Counted from the first letter of the stretch, positions 51,591-61,442 are shown. The stretch is 61,957 bases of DNA from Planctomycetales bacterium (GCA_015488215.1 WFOE01000107.1:1-61957); one strand, 5' to 3'. Made by a program: numbers and translations. Notes: generated from the letters alone by a model not told the origin.

Positions 51591-52685
51591 TTATCGGTCC
51601 CCGGGCCACTGCCACACCACTTGAGTTTTGCCTGCTCCGCCGCGAGCGGTGAGCATTTCGTAAATGTGCAACCGACAGCAGAAACGAATGAAATCATCGC
51701 TACGTTGCAAATAACCCATCCAATCGCCAAAGCGGGCCTCTTTTCGCAGGGCGTAGTAGTTCTTCAGCGCCTGGACCACGCGGGGATCGTTCCCCTGATA
51801 GACGGCCACGTGCTTGAGCACCGGTTCGGTGCTGGGCACGCAGGGGCCGCTTGCTCCCCGGGGAGGGCAACCGGGGCCGGGACACCCCGGGCCGGACTGC
51901 GCAGTCGGGAAGGCACTGGTAGCAGCCGCCGCCTGCCGCGTGGCGGCAAAGGCACCGGTCTGCTTGGTTTGGTTCGCACCAGGCGAGGGCGGCGTTTGCG
52001 TTTTCGAGCCTTGCGGTTCGGGGGCCGGAAGAGCCGCCGCCGGGGCGGACTTTTCCCCGGTGGCAGCTTGCGGCTCGGGTAGCGGTTCTGGTGGTGGGAC
52101 GCGCGGGCCCTGGGGCGTTTGCCGGTTCATCGCTTTCCGGGCCTGGGCGAAGGCGGCTTCGTAGCGTAGCCGCTTGGGGATGTGTTCCGCTTGCGGCGTT
52201 CCCCAGGGCAGGCCGTAGCCGGGCGGGATGGGCTGAAAACATTCGTTGGCCGCGTACCATTCCACCACCAGCCCGCAACGCGGCGGGTAATACGGAGAAA
52301 AGTCCGTCACGGCTCCCACCACCACGGCGTCCACTTCCAGCAGTTGGGCCAGCCGCCGGGCGTCCTCGGGTCGGGCCAGCGAGAGCCGATGTTCCCGGAT
52401 CATGCGTTCCACTACGCCGATGGGAACCACCTCGTAGCCGGGCACGGATTGCAGCTCGTGATAGTAGGCCAGGGCGAACTGGCGGCCATCGACCCACGGC
52501 TCGGTGGTCAGGTTGAAAAACGGGGCCACGGCCACTTTGTGGATTTGCGGAAAGGGATTGAACACCTGCGGCTGATGAACCGGCTGGGGCAGAACCTCGC
52601 AACCGGCTCCGGCAAGCGAAAGCACCGTCGCCAGCAGGGCGGCCACCGCGGGGAATTCAGGCTTGGGGAATCGAGGCGGCGTCAT
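51591..52685 (-). CDS. Putative lipoprotein (CsgG/TolB-N-like alpha/beta domain, Pro-rich insert)
   Basis: Lipobox LAGAGC; KVAVAPFFNLT, VDAVVVGAVTDF. Confidence 0.75.
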   Translation of the reverse strand: MTPPRFPKPEFPAVAALLATVLSLAGAGCEVLPQPVHQPQVFNPFPQIHKVAVAPFFNLTTEPWVDGRQFALAYYHELQSVPGYEVVPIGVVERMIREHRLSLARPEDARRLAQLLEVDAVVVGAVTDFSPYYPPRCGLVVEWYAANECFQPIPPGYGLPWGTPQAEHIPKRLRYEAAFAQARKAMNRQTPQGPRVPPPEPLPEPQAATGEKSAPAAALPAPEPQGSKTQTPPSPGANQTKQTGAFAATRQAAAATSAFPTAQSGPGCPGPGCPPRGASGPCVPSTEPVLKHVAVYQGNDPRVVQALKNYYALRKEARFGDWMGYLQRSDDFIRFCCRLHIYEMLTARGGAGKTQVVWQWPGDR

Positions 52686-53108
52686 CGGGCAACTCGGACC
52701 GCCGACAATAGGGGACAGTTGGCATCACACCCCGGGCCGTTTCCGCCGCCTGGGCGCAAGACGGCGGCGAGGGCACTCCGGCCCGATGGGCAAAATCGGC
52801 ACAATCGCCGCAGGCGGTAAAGTTTTTCCGGTCGAAAAAGTTTGCCGAGTCGTTGGCGGCGGAAAGGGGAGCTTTTTCCAGGGACAAGTTCACCGGCCCG
52901 AAAGTGCCTGTTATCCAGCAAAATGGCAAAAAAACTTGCCTCCCGCATAACCGGCATCCGAAATGAAACACAGATGCTTTGCCGTAATCGCGGGGAGGCA
53001 CGCTGCAGCCGGATCGGACCTGCCCTGGGAATCCGGCCCGGCGGGTGGAATCGCCTTCCTCGCCTCGCCGAACTCCGACCTGAAAACCAGAATCCAGGGA
53101 GGGAACCC

Positions 53109-53801
53109 ATGCGACGCTTGATCTTGGCCGTTGCCCTTGTGGCCCTCGCCGCCGTCCAGGCGGTCGCCGGTCCGCGCGATCAGCAGATCGCCGAACAACT
53201 GGCCCAGAGCCTCAAGAACTCCGGCACCCTCAAAGGCTATGCCATCGCGGTCAAGTATCGCGACGGCACCGCCCGGCTGGACGGCTGGGTGCGCAACCGC
53301 CAGCAGATGGAAGAGGCGGTGCGCATCATCCAGCGGTCGCCGCAAGTGGAACGAGTCATCAACCGCCTGGCGATTCGGGAAAACCCGGGCACGCCGCCGG
53401 CGGCGCTGAAGACCCAAGGGACCCAGGCTGCGCCGCGCCCGCTGCTGCGGCAAGTCGGCTATCCGCGGACCCGAAGTGCGGTGCATCGCACCGGCGCCTA
53501 TCAGCAGCAGGCTCAGGGGATGCCCGTGCCGGAATACCGCCCGGTGGGAACGGGACCGGCCCCGGCGATTTACGATCATCCGAACCTGCCTCCGTACGCC
53601 TGGCCCACCTACGCCGCGTATCCCAACTATGCGGCCCTGACCTACCCGAAGCAGTACAGCCCGACGGCCTGGCCCTACATCGGCCCGTTCTACCCCTACC
53701 CGCAGGTGCCGCTGGGCTGGCGGAAAGTGACGCTGGAATGGGACGACGGTTGGTGGTTCCTGGACTTTTCCGACGACCGGCGCCACGTGCTGCCGCGGTG
53801 A
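53109..53801 (+). CDS. Exported BON-domain protein with Tyr/Pro/Trp-rich C-terminal domain
   Basis: Signal peptide; DQQIAEQL..IAVKYRDGTARLDGWV..VERVINRL (BON); YDHPNLPPYAWPTYAAYPNY...WRKVTLEWDDGWWFLDF. Confidence 0.85.
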   Translation: MRRLILAVALVALAAVQAVAGPRDQQIAEQLAQSLKNSGTLKGYAIAVKYRDGTARLDGWVRNRQQMEEAVRIIQRSPQVERVINRLAIRENPGTPPAALKTQGTQAAPRPLLRQVGYPRTRSAVHRTGAYQQQAQGMPVPEYRPVGTGPAPAIYDHPNLPPYAWPTYAAYPNYAALTYPKQYSPTAWPYIGPFYPYPQVPLGWRKVTLEWDDGWWFLDFSDDRRHVLPR

Positions 53802-53822
53802 GCATGGGTTCGAGCTGACAAA

Positions 53823-53866
53823 GCTCCCTCGCATCTTCCCGAAGCGGATGCGAGGGAGTTTTCTTT
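53823..53866 (+). terminator. Intrinsic terminator after the BON gene
   Basis: 12-bp stem ctccctcgcatc...gatgcgagggag followed by ttttcttt. Confidence 0.75.
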
Positions 53867-54071
53867 ACCCCCTGGCCGGCCGCTGCTACCGCTAGCACCC
53901 GCCCAGGGGAAGTTTCTTTCCCAGGAGAAAATCGCCGAACAACCGGAAAAACCTGCAAGATCGTCGCCACCGGAGGCGATATGAAAGGTAGTCCCGCCGC
54001 CGGAGGGCAGCGGGACGTGGTCCGAAACCAAGAAGCTTCTCCAGTCCGTACCCCAGACTGAGGAACGGCAC

Positions 54072-54650
54072 ATGTCGGTCAAGTCCACCCTGTGGAGCGG
54101 ATTGCTGCTGGCGGCTCTGGTCGCCGGAAGCGGGTGCCAGGTAGCGTATGGTCCGGGACAATTGCAGGGACTCCATACGATCCCCATCCCGCTGTCCCCC
54201 TACTTCCAAAAGCTCCAGGAAAACCGCTTCTGGGAAAAGGAGCGGTACAACCGCGTAGCCATTCTGGGGCCGATCACTTCCGGCGGACCGCCCCGGGCGC
54301 TGGACCCGCCCAGTTGGGACGAGATCGTCCGGGCGTTGCCCTCGGTCGAAGGGGGCATCCCCTTCCTGCACGAAGTGCAGCGGAACAACGTCCGGATCGT
54401 CATCGAGCCGATCGGCGAATCGGTCGATCCGCCTCGCTTCTATCCGATGATTGGCTGGGCCCAACTGCACCACGCCCACTACAAGTGCACCGTCTACTAC
54501 ACCGAAGTGACCCGGGTGGGCTGGCCGATCCCTTATACCACGCGGGACGAAGACGCTTCGGAAGTCATCTATATCGACCACGACCACTTCCACCTGGTGG
54601 GCAACGTGGATGGCGGACCCACTTCGCACTATCAGCAGCACCCGCACTAG
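54072..54650 (+). CDS. Putative lipoprotein of unknown function
   Basis: GAGGA RBS; lipobox LVAGSGC; PIPLSPYFQ, DPPS..E, DPPRFYP.IG.AQLHHAHYKC, YIDHDHFH. Confidence 0.8.
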   Translation: MSVKSTLWSGLLLAALVAGSGCQVAYGPGQLQGLHTIPIPLSPYFQKLQENRFWEKERYNRVAILGPITSGGPPRALDPPSWDEIVRALPSVEGGIPFLHEVQRNNVRIVIEPIGESVDPPRFYPMIGWAQLHHAHYKCTVYYTEVTRVGWPIPYTTRDEDASEVIYIDHDHFHLVGNVDGGPTSHYQQHPH

Positions 54651-57600
54651 TCAGGCGACAAAGCCTGCCCCGCGCCGCACCGAACCCGGTGCGGCGTTCG
54701 GCTTTGCGCCGGCAAACACCCGGGGGTGGGTATCCTCGCCCCGAGCAACAGGCTGGCTGGCCGTGTTAGTGCTTGTGGGGCTTGTTCTGTTGGCCGGGCC
54801 CCTGAAGGCCGAAACGCCTCGGGAGGAAGCGACGCTGGCCGCCGAGGACACCTGGCGGGCGGCCGTGGCCCATTACCGTCACGGTCGCTGGCAACTGGCC
54901 GTGGTCGAACTGCAAGAGCTGGTGGAAAAACACCCGCGGTGGCCCGGTGTGGCCCAGGCCCAGTTCCTGCTGGGCGAAGCCCAAACCCAACTGCGACAGT
55001 ACGCCCTGGCCGAGCAAGCCTTTCGCCGCTGCTTGCAGCAGCCGGGGCTGCCCGACCGCTGGCGACGCCGCTGCACGTTCCGCTTGGGCGAGCTGGCTTT
55101 CTTCCAGGGCAAATGGGAACCTGCCCGAAAACTCCTCGCCCAGTTCGTTCAGGAAGCCAAGGACGATCCGTGGCTGGCGCAAGCCCACTGGCTGCTTGCC
55201 CAACTGGAGCAGCAACAGGGCCGGCTGGCCCGGGCCCAAGAGCATTTGCAGCGGTTGATCGAACAGTTTCCGCAAAGCCCGCTTCAGGACAGGGCCCGTG
55301 TGGCCCTGGCTGAAATCCTCCTCCGGCAAGGTCAGGAAGAAAAAGCCCTCCGCTACCTGGAAGCCGTAGCGGACAAACCTCGCAGCGAGGCGAAGTACCG
55401 GGCGCGGTTCCTGCTGGGGCGGCAACATTTTCTCCGCGGGCGGTACGAGGATGCCACGGCCCAGTTCCGCACCCTGCTTGCCCAGAAAGACCTGCCCCCA
55501 GGTTGGAAAAACGCCGCCCGGCTGGCCCTGGCCCGCTCGCTGCTTGCCGCCGGACGGCTCGACCCGGCCGCCGAGCTGCTAAAGGACCTGAGCAAAGAAG
55601 AACCTCCCCTGGGCTGGGAAGCCCGTTACTGGACAACCCATCTGCTGCGCAAGCACAGCAAGCTGCTCGAAGCGCAACGCCTGCTGGTTCAACTGGCCCG
55701 AGAACTGCAACAGGCCCGCAACACCGCTCGGGAAACCCATCGGGAGAACCGCGACCCTTCTCCGGACCGTAGCGAGTCGGACCCGGGAGCCGAGCCGCTT
55801 TCTATCTCCCCAGCCCGATGCTGGTACGAAGCCGCCGTGCTGGCCCACAAGACCGACCGCCGCCGCCAGGCCCGGGCGTGGTATCAGCAAGCAGCCGCCT
55901 CAGCCGGGGCGGACGAGCCTTGGGCGGCCCAAGCCTACTGGGGACTCTTGCGCCTGGCCACCGCCGAGCAGGACCAGCAAGCAGCCACCGCCGCTTGGAA
56001 GAAGCTGCTGGCCGAGCACAAACACCATGCGGACCTCCTGCGCCGGGCGCTGTGGCACCTGGGGCGTTTTCTGCTCCAGCAGCGGCAGTACCAGCAAACG
56101 TTGCGGCTGGTTGCCGAAGCCGAAAAATCGCTCGGGACGCAGTTGACCTGGCAGGCAGAGGCTCTGCGGGGGTTGGCCCTTTGCGGGCTGGGGCGTTACG
56201 CCGAGTCGGCTGCCCAGTTGCAAAAGCTGGTGGCGAAGCAGCCTGGCGCGAAGGCCGGTTCTTCCCCGGATGGCGTCTCCCAGGAGCAGATTCCAACGGA
56301 GATCCAGGCCGAGCTGTGGTACACCCTCGGCGTGTGTCATCTGGAACAGGGACGCTGGTCCCAGGCGACCGAAGCGTTCGCTCGGGCCATCGAGCTTGCT
56401 CCCTTGGCTCCGGTGGCCGCCCAGGCGCTGGCCGCCCAGGCGCTCGCGCAGACCCATCGGGGACAAGAGGAAGCAAGCCGCCGGTTGGTCGAACAACTGC
56501 TGGCCCAATTCCCCCAAGCTACGGAAGCGCTGCCTTGGATTCTGCGGCTTGCGCATCGGTACTACGAAACCCGGCGCTGGCCGGAAGCCGCTCGGTGCTA
56601 CCGCCTGGCACTTCGTTCCCCGCAGCCTGAAGAACAACTGGCTGCCCGATCCGGTCTGGCTTGGTCGCTTTGGGAACAAGGGGAGCTGGAACGCGCCTTG
56701 GACCAGTTCCTGCTGGTAGCCAAAGGTAAGCAGGTGGATTCCGCCCTGGCGGCCGAAGCGCTTTACATGGCCGGGCTCATCTGTCATCGCACCGAACGGT
56801 CCCAGCAAGCCCTCCGGCACTGGCAGCGTCTGATACAGGAGTTTCCCGGCTCGGAACACGCCCCCCAGGCGTTACTTGCCGCCGGGGAGGTGCTGGAACG
56901 GCTGGGCCGACCGAAACAGGCTTTAGAACACTACCAGAAACTGCTCGAGCAATACCCCAAGGCTCCCCAGCGCCCCGCGGCCCTGTTCAACGCCGCCTGG
57001 GTGGCTTGGGAACAAAACCGGCCCTGGCAAGCCCTGGAACTGATGGAACAGTTGGCCCGACGGTGGCCCGACCACTTGCTCTGGCCCCAGGCCGCCTTGC
57101 AACTGGCCTACTGGTTCCACACCCAAGGGCAGCGGGAAAAGGGGGCCGCTTGGGCTTCGCGGCTGGTGCGGCGTCCCGAGTGTCCCGACCGATACCGCGC
57201 CCAGGCCGCTTATCTGCTGGGCCGCATCGCCATCGAGCAGGAGAACTGGGCCGAAGTCCACCGCTGGATGGAAGCGGCCGCCCGAATGGCACCGGAAGAA
57301 AAAACCCGTCGCCAGGCCCGGTTCTGGGTCTGCGAAGCACTTTACCGCCAGGGACACTACGGCCGGGCCGCCGAGCAGATTGAACAGCTCCTCGGCCAAC
57401 TGCACCAGAAGGAGCTGCCCTGGATTGCCACGCTGCGGCTGCGGCAGGCCCAATGCCTGCTGCGGCAAAAGAAGTGGCGTCAGGCTCTCCGGACGGCCCA
57501 AGCCGCACTGGAACAACACCCGCAGTTTCCCCAGGCTTACGAGCTGCACTACGTCCGCGGCCGGGCACTGATGGCCCTGGCCGAGTTTGACCAGGCCCGA

Positions 57601-57936
57601 GCTGCTTTCCTCCGCGTGATCCATTCCGCCGGGGCCGCCGGCACGCAACGGGCAGCCGCCGCCCAGTGGATGATTGGGGAAACCTACTTCCACCAGCGCA
57701 ACTACCGCGAAGCCCTCCGGCACTATCTGCGGGTGGATGTCCTCTATCCCCACTGCCAAAGCTGGCAAGCTGCGGCACTTTTGCAGGCTGGGAAATGCTA
57801 CGAGAAGCTGGGGCAACCAGACAAGGCCTCGGAACTCTATTTGCGCATCGTGCGGTTGCCGGACGATTCTCCTTACAAGGACCAGGCTGCCCAACAGCTT
57901 CGGGCTCTGCGCAACCAGGAAACGGCCGTTCGCTAA
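54610..57936 (+). CDS. Large exported tetratricopeptide-repeat protein (YbgF/CpoB-like repeats)
   Basis: Signal-like hydrophobic stretch ending PLKA; many TPR units (LIEQFPQSP, LIQEFPGSEHAPQALL, LLEQYPKAP, AALLQAGKCYEKLG); start uncertain. Confidence 0.88.
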   Translation: MADPLRTISSTRTSQATKPAPRRTEPGAAFGFAPANTRGWVSSPRATGWLAVLVLVGLVLLAGPLKAETPREEATLAAEDTWRAAVAHYRHGRWQLAVVELQELVEKHPRWPGVAQAQFLLGEAQTQLRQYALAEQAFRRCLQQPGLPDRWRRRCTFRLGELAFFQGKWEPARKLLAQFVQEAKDDPWLAQAHWLLAQLEQQQGRLARAQEHLQRLIEQFPQSPLQDRARVALAEILLRQGQEEKALRYLEAVADKPRSEAKYRARFLLGRQHFLRGRYEDATAQFRTLLAQKDLPPGWKNAARLALARSLLAAGRLDPAAELLKDLSKEEPPLGWEARYWTTHLLRKHSKLLEAQRLLVQLARELQQARNTARETHRENRDPSPDRSESDPGAEPLSISPARCWYEAAVLAHKTDRRRQARAWYQQAAASAGADEPWAAQAYWGLLRLATAEQDQQAATAAWKKLLAEHKHHADLLRRALWHLGRFLLQQRQYQQTLRLVAEAEKSLGTQLTWQAEALRGLALCGLGRYAESAAQLQKLVAKQPGAKAGSSPDGVSQEQIPTEIQAELWYTLGVCHLEQGRWSQATEAFARAIELAPLAPVAAQALAAQALAQTHRGQEEASRRLVEQLLAQFPQATEALPWILRLAHRYYETRRWPEAARCYRLALRSPQPEEQLAARSGLAWSLWEQGELERALDQFLLVAKGKQVDSALAAEALYMAGLICHRTERSQQALRHWQRLIQEFPGSEHAPQALLAAGEVLERLGRPKQALEHYQKLLEQYPKAPQRPAALFNAAWVAWEQNRPWQALELMEQLARRWPDHLLWPQAALQLAYWFHTQGQREKGAAWASRLVRRPECPDRYRAQAAYLLGRIAIEQENWAEVHRWMEAAARMAPEEKTRRQARFWVCEALYRQGHYGRAAEQIEQLLGQLHQKELPWIATLRLRQAQCLLRQKKWRQALRTAQAALEQHPQFPQAYELHYVRGRALMALAEFDQARAAFLRVIHSAGAAGTQRAAAAQWMIGETYFHQRNYREALRHYLRVDVLYPHCQSWQAAALLQAGKCYEKLGQPDKASELYLRIVRLPDDSPYKDQAAQQLRALRNQETAVR

Positions 57937-57998
57937 ACGGGCCGGTGCAGCCTGGGCACACTTCCCCGAACGGTTCCCCAACTCCCAAGAGGGCCACG

Positions 57999-58850
57999 AT
58001 GCACCCGTTGGACGCTCTCCGGCCAAATCGAGGCCTTGCCGCCCAAGCGCCATTGCTGCTGGTTCTGCTCGCCTGGGCCGTGCTGAGCCTGGGGCAGCAA
58101 GCAGCCGCCCAAGAAACTGCGGCTGCCGCCGACCAGCCCCCGGCCAGCGCCGCTGGTACCCAGACGTTGATCCCTCAGGAGCGCAGCCTGCTGGAAGTAA
58201 TTCGCAGCGGCGGCGTGCTGATGGTGCCGATTCTGGCCTGTTCGGTGCTGACGCTGGTGTTCGTATTGGAACGGCTGGTGAGCCTGCGGCGAGGGAATGT
58301 CATCCCCCGCCCGTTTGTGAAACGGTTCCTGCTTCAGTTGGAACAGGGCCAGCTCGACCCGGAGCAGGCCCTGGAACTTTGCCAGCAGAATCGCAGTCCC
58401 GTGGCGGAACTGTTCGCCGCGGCGGTGCGTAAATGGGGCCGTCCCTCGGTCGAGGTGGAACAGGCCCTGATCGACGCCGGGGAACGGATTACCAACCACC
58501 TGCGCAAATATCTGCGCGTGCTTAACGCCGTGGCCACCGTCTGCCCGCTGTTGGGATTGCTGGGCACGGTGATGGGCATGATCGAAGCCTTCCAGTCCAT
58601 CGCCACCAACATGGCCCTGGGCCGGCCCGAGCTGCTGGCCGAAGGAATTAGCAAAGCCCTGGTCACCACGGCCGCGGGGCTTTCGGTGGCCATTCCGGCC
58701 CTGATTGCCTACCTGTACTTCGTCAGCCGCGTGGATCGCCTGGTGATGGAAATGGACGCCCTGGGCCAGGAAGTGGTGGAACTGGTGGCCGGAGACGCCC
58801 CGCGCCAGCCGGCCCGTTCCACGGCCAAACGCAAAGCCCGAGCCGCCTGA
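57999..58850 (+). CDS. exbB: MotA/TolQ/ExbB proton channel subunit
   Basis: SGGVLMVPI, ATVCPLLGLLGTVMGMIEAF, LAEGISKALVTTAAGLSVAIPA. Confidence 0.93.
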   Translation: MHPLDALRPNRGLAAQAPLLLVLLAWAVLSLGQQAAAQETAAAADQPPASAAGTQTLIPQERSLLEVIRSGGVLMVPILACSVLTLVFVLERLVSLRRGNVIPRPFVKRFLLQLEQGQLDPEQALELCQQNRSPVAELFAAAVRKWGRPSVEVEQALIDAGERITNHLRKYLRVLNAVATVCPLLGLLGTVMGMIEAFQSIATNMALGRPELLAEGISKALVTTAAGLSVAIPALIAYLYFVSRVDRLVMEMDALGQEVVELVAGDAPRQPARSTAKRKARAA

Positions 58851-58873
58851 CCCGCTCAAAAAACCGAACTGCC

Positions 58874-59293
58874 ATGCCGCTGAAAACGCATCGGGACGAA
58901 CTCCCTTCGCTGAACCTGACGCCGATGATCGATATCGTGTTCCTGCTGATCATTTTTTTCATGGTCAGCACTTCGTTTTCGCAGATGGAACGCGACATCC
59001 GGCTCCAGGTTCCGCGGGTGAAAAGCACCGGCCCGCTCACCCCCGCCCCGGAAAAAAAAGTCATCAACGTCTATCGCGACGGGCGGATTACCCTCGACGG
59101 ACAACCCGTCACCCTGGAAGAACTCCAGCGGCGGCTGCGCCACGCCCGAAAACTCTACCCCGACCAGGGCGTGGTAATCCGCGGCGACGGGCAAGGCACT
59201 TTCCAGCGCGTGGCCGAGGTGCTGGATAGCTGCCGCCAGGCGGGCCTAAAGGAACTGGCCGTCTCCGTGCAACCCATCCGCATAAGGAAGTAA
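58874..59293 (+). CDS. exbD: ExbD/TolR subunit
   Basis: LNLTPMIDIVFLLIIFFMV with the essential TM Asp; VVIRGD..F..V..VLD.C..AGL. Confidence 0.94.
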   Translation: MPLKTHRDELPSLNLTPMIDIVFLLIIFFMVSTSFSQMERDIRLQVPRVKSTGPLTPAPEKKVINVYRDGRITLDGQPVTLEELQRRLRHARKLYPDQGVVIRGDGQGTFQRVAEVLDSCRQAGLKELAVSVQPIRIRK

Positions 59294-59300
59294 CCCGGCA

Positions 59301-61442
59301 ATGCTCGTCGCCGTAGCTGTTCCGGCTTCGGTGCCCCTGTGGCTGTGGGTCATCTGGGCCCTATTGGGCCTGGTGAGCCTGGCGTTGCTGGTCGTGTTGC
59401 TTACTCCCTGGGGGCGTTCGCGGCCGCTGCGCAAATGCGTGCTAATTTCGCTGATGGTCCACGCGCTGCTGCTGACCTATGCGGCCACGGTGAAGATTCT
59501 GAGCGGCTACCGCGGCGTCCCGCAGGAAGAGATGGCCATTCGCATCGTGGACATTTCGACCGAACCGGAACCAGAATCCGCTCGGCAACCAGGCGAGCCG
59601 CAGCCCTGGGAACAGATGGACGAACCCCCGCCGCAGTTGCCCGCGGACATGCCCCGGCGCGAAGTGCCCCCGGCCGCAGAACCCGGTGCACCGGAGCGTC
59701 GGGCCGCGGAGCGGCAAGGCGCTAAGAGAACTCCCGTTCCGCCAGCTCCGGCGGCGAAGGAAACTTCCCCGGAAGAACCTCCTCCGCCGAAGGAATTGCC
59801 GCTGGCCGAACCCGTGCCGAAGCGCCCCGTCGCCTCGGCCCCCGCCCAGGCCACTCAGGCGCCGCAAGTGTCGGAGCCCAAGCGGCCGGCTCAGCCACCG
59901 GAGCTTCAGACGCCCAAGGAAGCCTTGCCCGGGCCGCCGCCCCACCGGGCCCGGCTGGAACCTTCCCCCGGCCAAGCCGCCGTGGTGCAACAGCACCCCG
60001 GGCCGGTGCTACCGGAGCTGAAGACTTCTCCGGAAGCGGAGCTGCTCCAGGGGCAGCTTCCCGCCGGCGGAAGCGAGTTGCCCGTTCCCCGATTCGACGC
60101 CCCGGGACCGCAGGCCCCCAGCGCTGCCGAACTGGTGCAGCAACACCGGCCGGAACGCTCCCCCCCAGCGACACCTCGACTCATCCGGCGCCGCAAGCCA
60201 GCGGCGATTGCCCAGGGAGAACCGGAGCCTGAACCCTCGGCCGATGAGCTCAAGCCGCTTCGGCCACTTGTGCCGGTACGGCTGGAACGCCCCGAGCAGG
60301 AGCCGCTCGCTGGGAAAGCCTCCCCGCTGGATGCTTCGCTTGCCCTGCGGACCGACCCCCAGCGGATGCAGCGCGTGCTGGAACAAGGCGGCAACGAAAA
60401 GACCGAGCAGGCGATTCAGTTGGCCCTGGCCTGGCTGGCCGCCCAACAGCAGCCCGACGGAAGCTGGTCTGCCACCGCTCATGGCGGAGGGCGCGATTTG
60501 CGCACGCTGGGCCAGGCTCGGCCCAAGGCCGGCACCCGAGCCGAAACGGGCATCACCGGGCTGGTGTTGCTGGCGTTTCTGGGAGCCGGACACACGCACG
60601 CTCGCGGGCCTTACAAGCAGAACATCGCCCGAGGGTTGGACTACTTGCTTGCTCAGCAGGACCGCAGCAGCGGCTCGCTCTCGGGCCGCGCCACGCTTTA
60701 CGCGGCCATGTATTGCCACGGCATGGCCACGCTGGCCCTGGCCGAAAGCTACCTGATGACCGGCGATCCCCGGTTGAAAGAACCGCTGCGGCGGGCCGTC
60801 GGCTACACGCTGAAAGCCCAACACCCCTACACCGGCGGTTGGCGCTACCGGGTCGGCGACGCCCTGGGGGACACCAGCCAGTTGGGCTGGCAGTTGATGG
60901 TGCTGCACTGTGGTCGCATGGCCCGAGTGCAGGATAGCCCCCTGGCGTGGCAGCGGGCCGGGTGGTTTCTGCGCTCGGTTTCTTCCGGCCGCCGCGGAGG
61001 GCTGGCCGCTTACCAGGTGGGCCATCGCCCCTCCCCGACGATGACCGCCGAGGCCCTCTTTTGCCGCGTGCTGCTGGGCACTCCGGCCGACGACCCGGCC
61101 TTGCAAGAAGCGGCCGACTATCTCATGGACCACCTGCCCCGACAAACCGAGCCGAACTTCTACTACTGGTACTACGGCACGCTAGGGCTGTATCACTTGC
61201 AGGACGAACACTGGCGGCGGTGGAACCAGACGCTGGTGCGGACCCTGCTGGCCCTGCAAGAACAGCACGGTCCCCAGCGTGGGAGCTGGACTGCCCGTTC
61301 GGCCTGGGGAGGCTACGGCGGTCGGGCCTTTACGACCGCGCTGGCCGTCATGTCGCTGGAAGTCTATTACCGCTACGTGCCGGCTTATGCTCAGGCCCCG
61401 GGCAAACGGGCCGCCCGAGGGCCCGGCCTGCTGCGGCGCTAG
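59301..61442 (+). CDS. Membrane-anchored TonB/TolA-like protein (SxxxH TM, Pro-rich linker) with C-terminal prenyltransferase/squalene-cyclase-like alpha/alpha barrel
   Basis: TM2 LISLMVHALLL; about 260 aa Pro/Glu-rich linker; QW repeats WLAAQQQPDGSW, YLLAQQDRSSG, LKAQHPYTGGWRY and LLALQEQHGPQRGSW; YYWYYGT. Confidence 0.85.
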   Translation: MLVAVAVPASVPLWLWVIWALLGLVSLALLVVLLTPWGRSRPLRKCVLISLMVHALLLTYAATVKILSGYRGVPQEEMAIRIVDISTEPEPESARQPGEPQPWEQMDEPPPQLPADMPRREVPPAAEPGAPERRAAERQGAKRTPVPPAPAAKETSPEEPPPPKELPLAEPVPKRPVASAPAQATQAPQVSEPKRPAQPPELQTPKEALPGPPPHRARLEPSPGQAAVVQQHPGPVLPELKTSPEAELLQGQLPAGGSELPVPRFDAPGPQAPSAAELVQQHRPERSPPATPRLIRRRKPAAIAQGEPEPEPSADELKPLRPLVPVRLERPEQEPLAGKASPLDASLALRTDPQRMQRVLEQGGNEKTEQAIQLALAWLAAQQQPDGSWSATAHGGGRDLRTLGQARPKAGTRAETGITGLVLLAFLGAGHTHARGPYKQNIARGLDYLLAQQDRSSGSLSGRATLYAAMYCHGMATLALAESYLMTGDPRLKEPLRRAVGYTLKAQHPYTGGWRYRVGDALGDTSQLGWQLMVLHCGRMARVQDSPLAWQRAGWFLRSVSSGRRGGLAAYQVGHRPSPTMTAEALFCRVLLGTPADDPALQEAADYLMDHLPRQTEPNFYYWYYGTLGLYHLQDEHWRRWNQTLVRTLLALQEQHGPQRGSWTARSAWGGYGGRAFTTALAVMSLEVYYRYVPAYAQAPGKRAARGPGLLRR

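Noticed and set aside
59301-61442. Annotation as squalene-hopene cyclase (shc)
   Set aside because: Single barrel, no DxDD motif, and an N-terminal membrane anchor with a Pro-rich linker.
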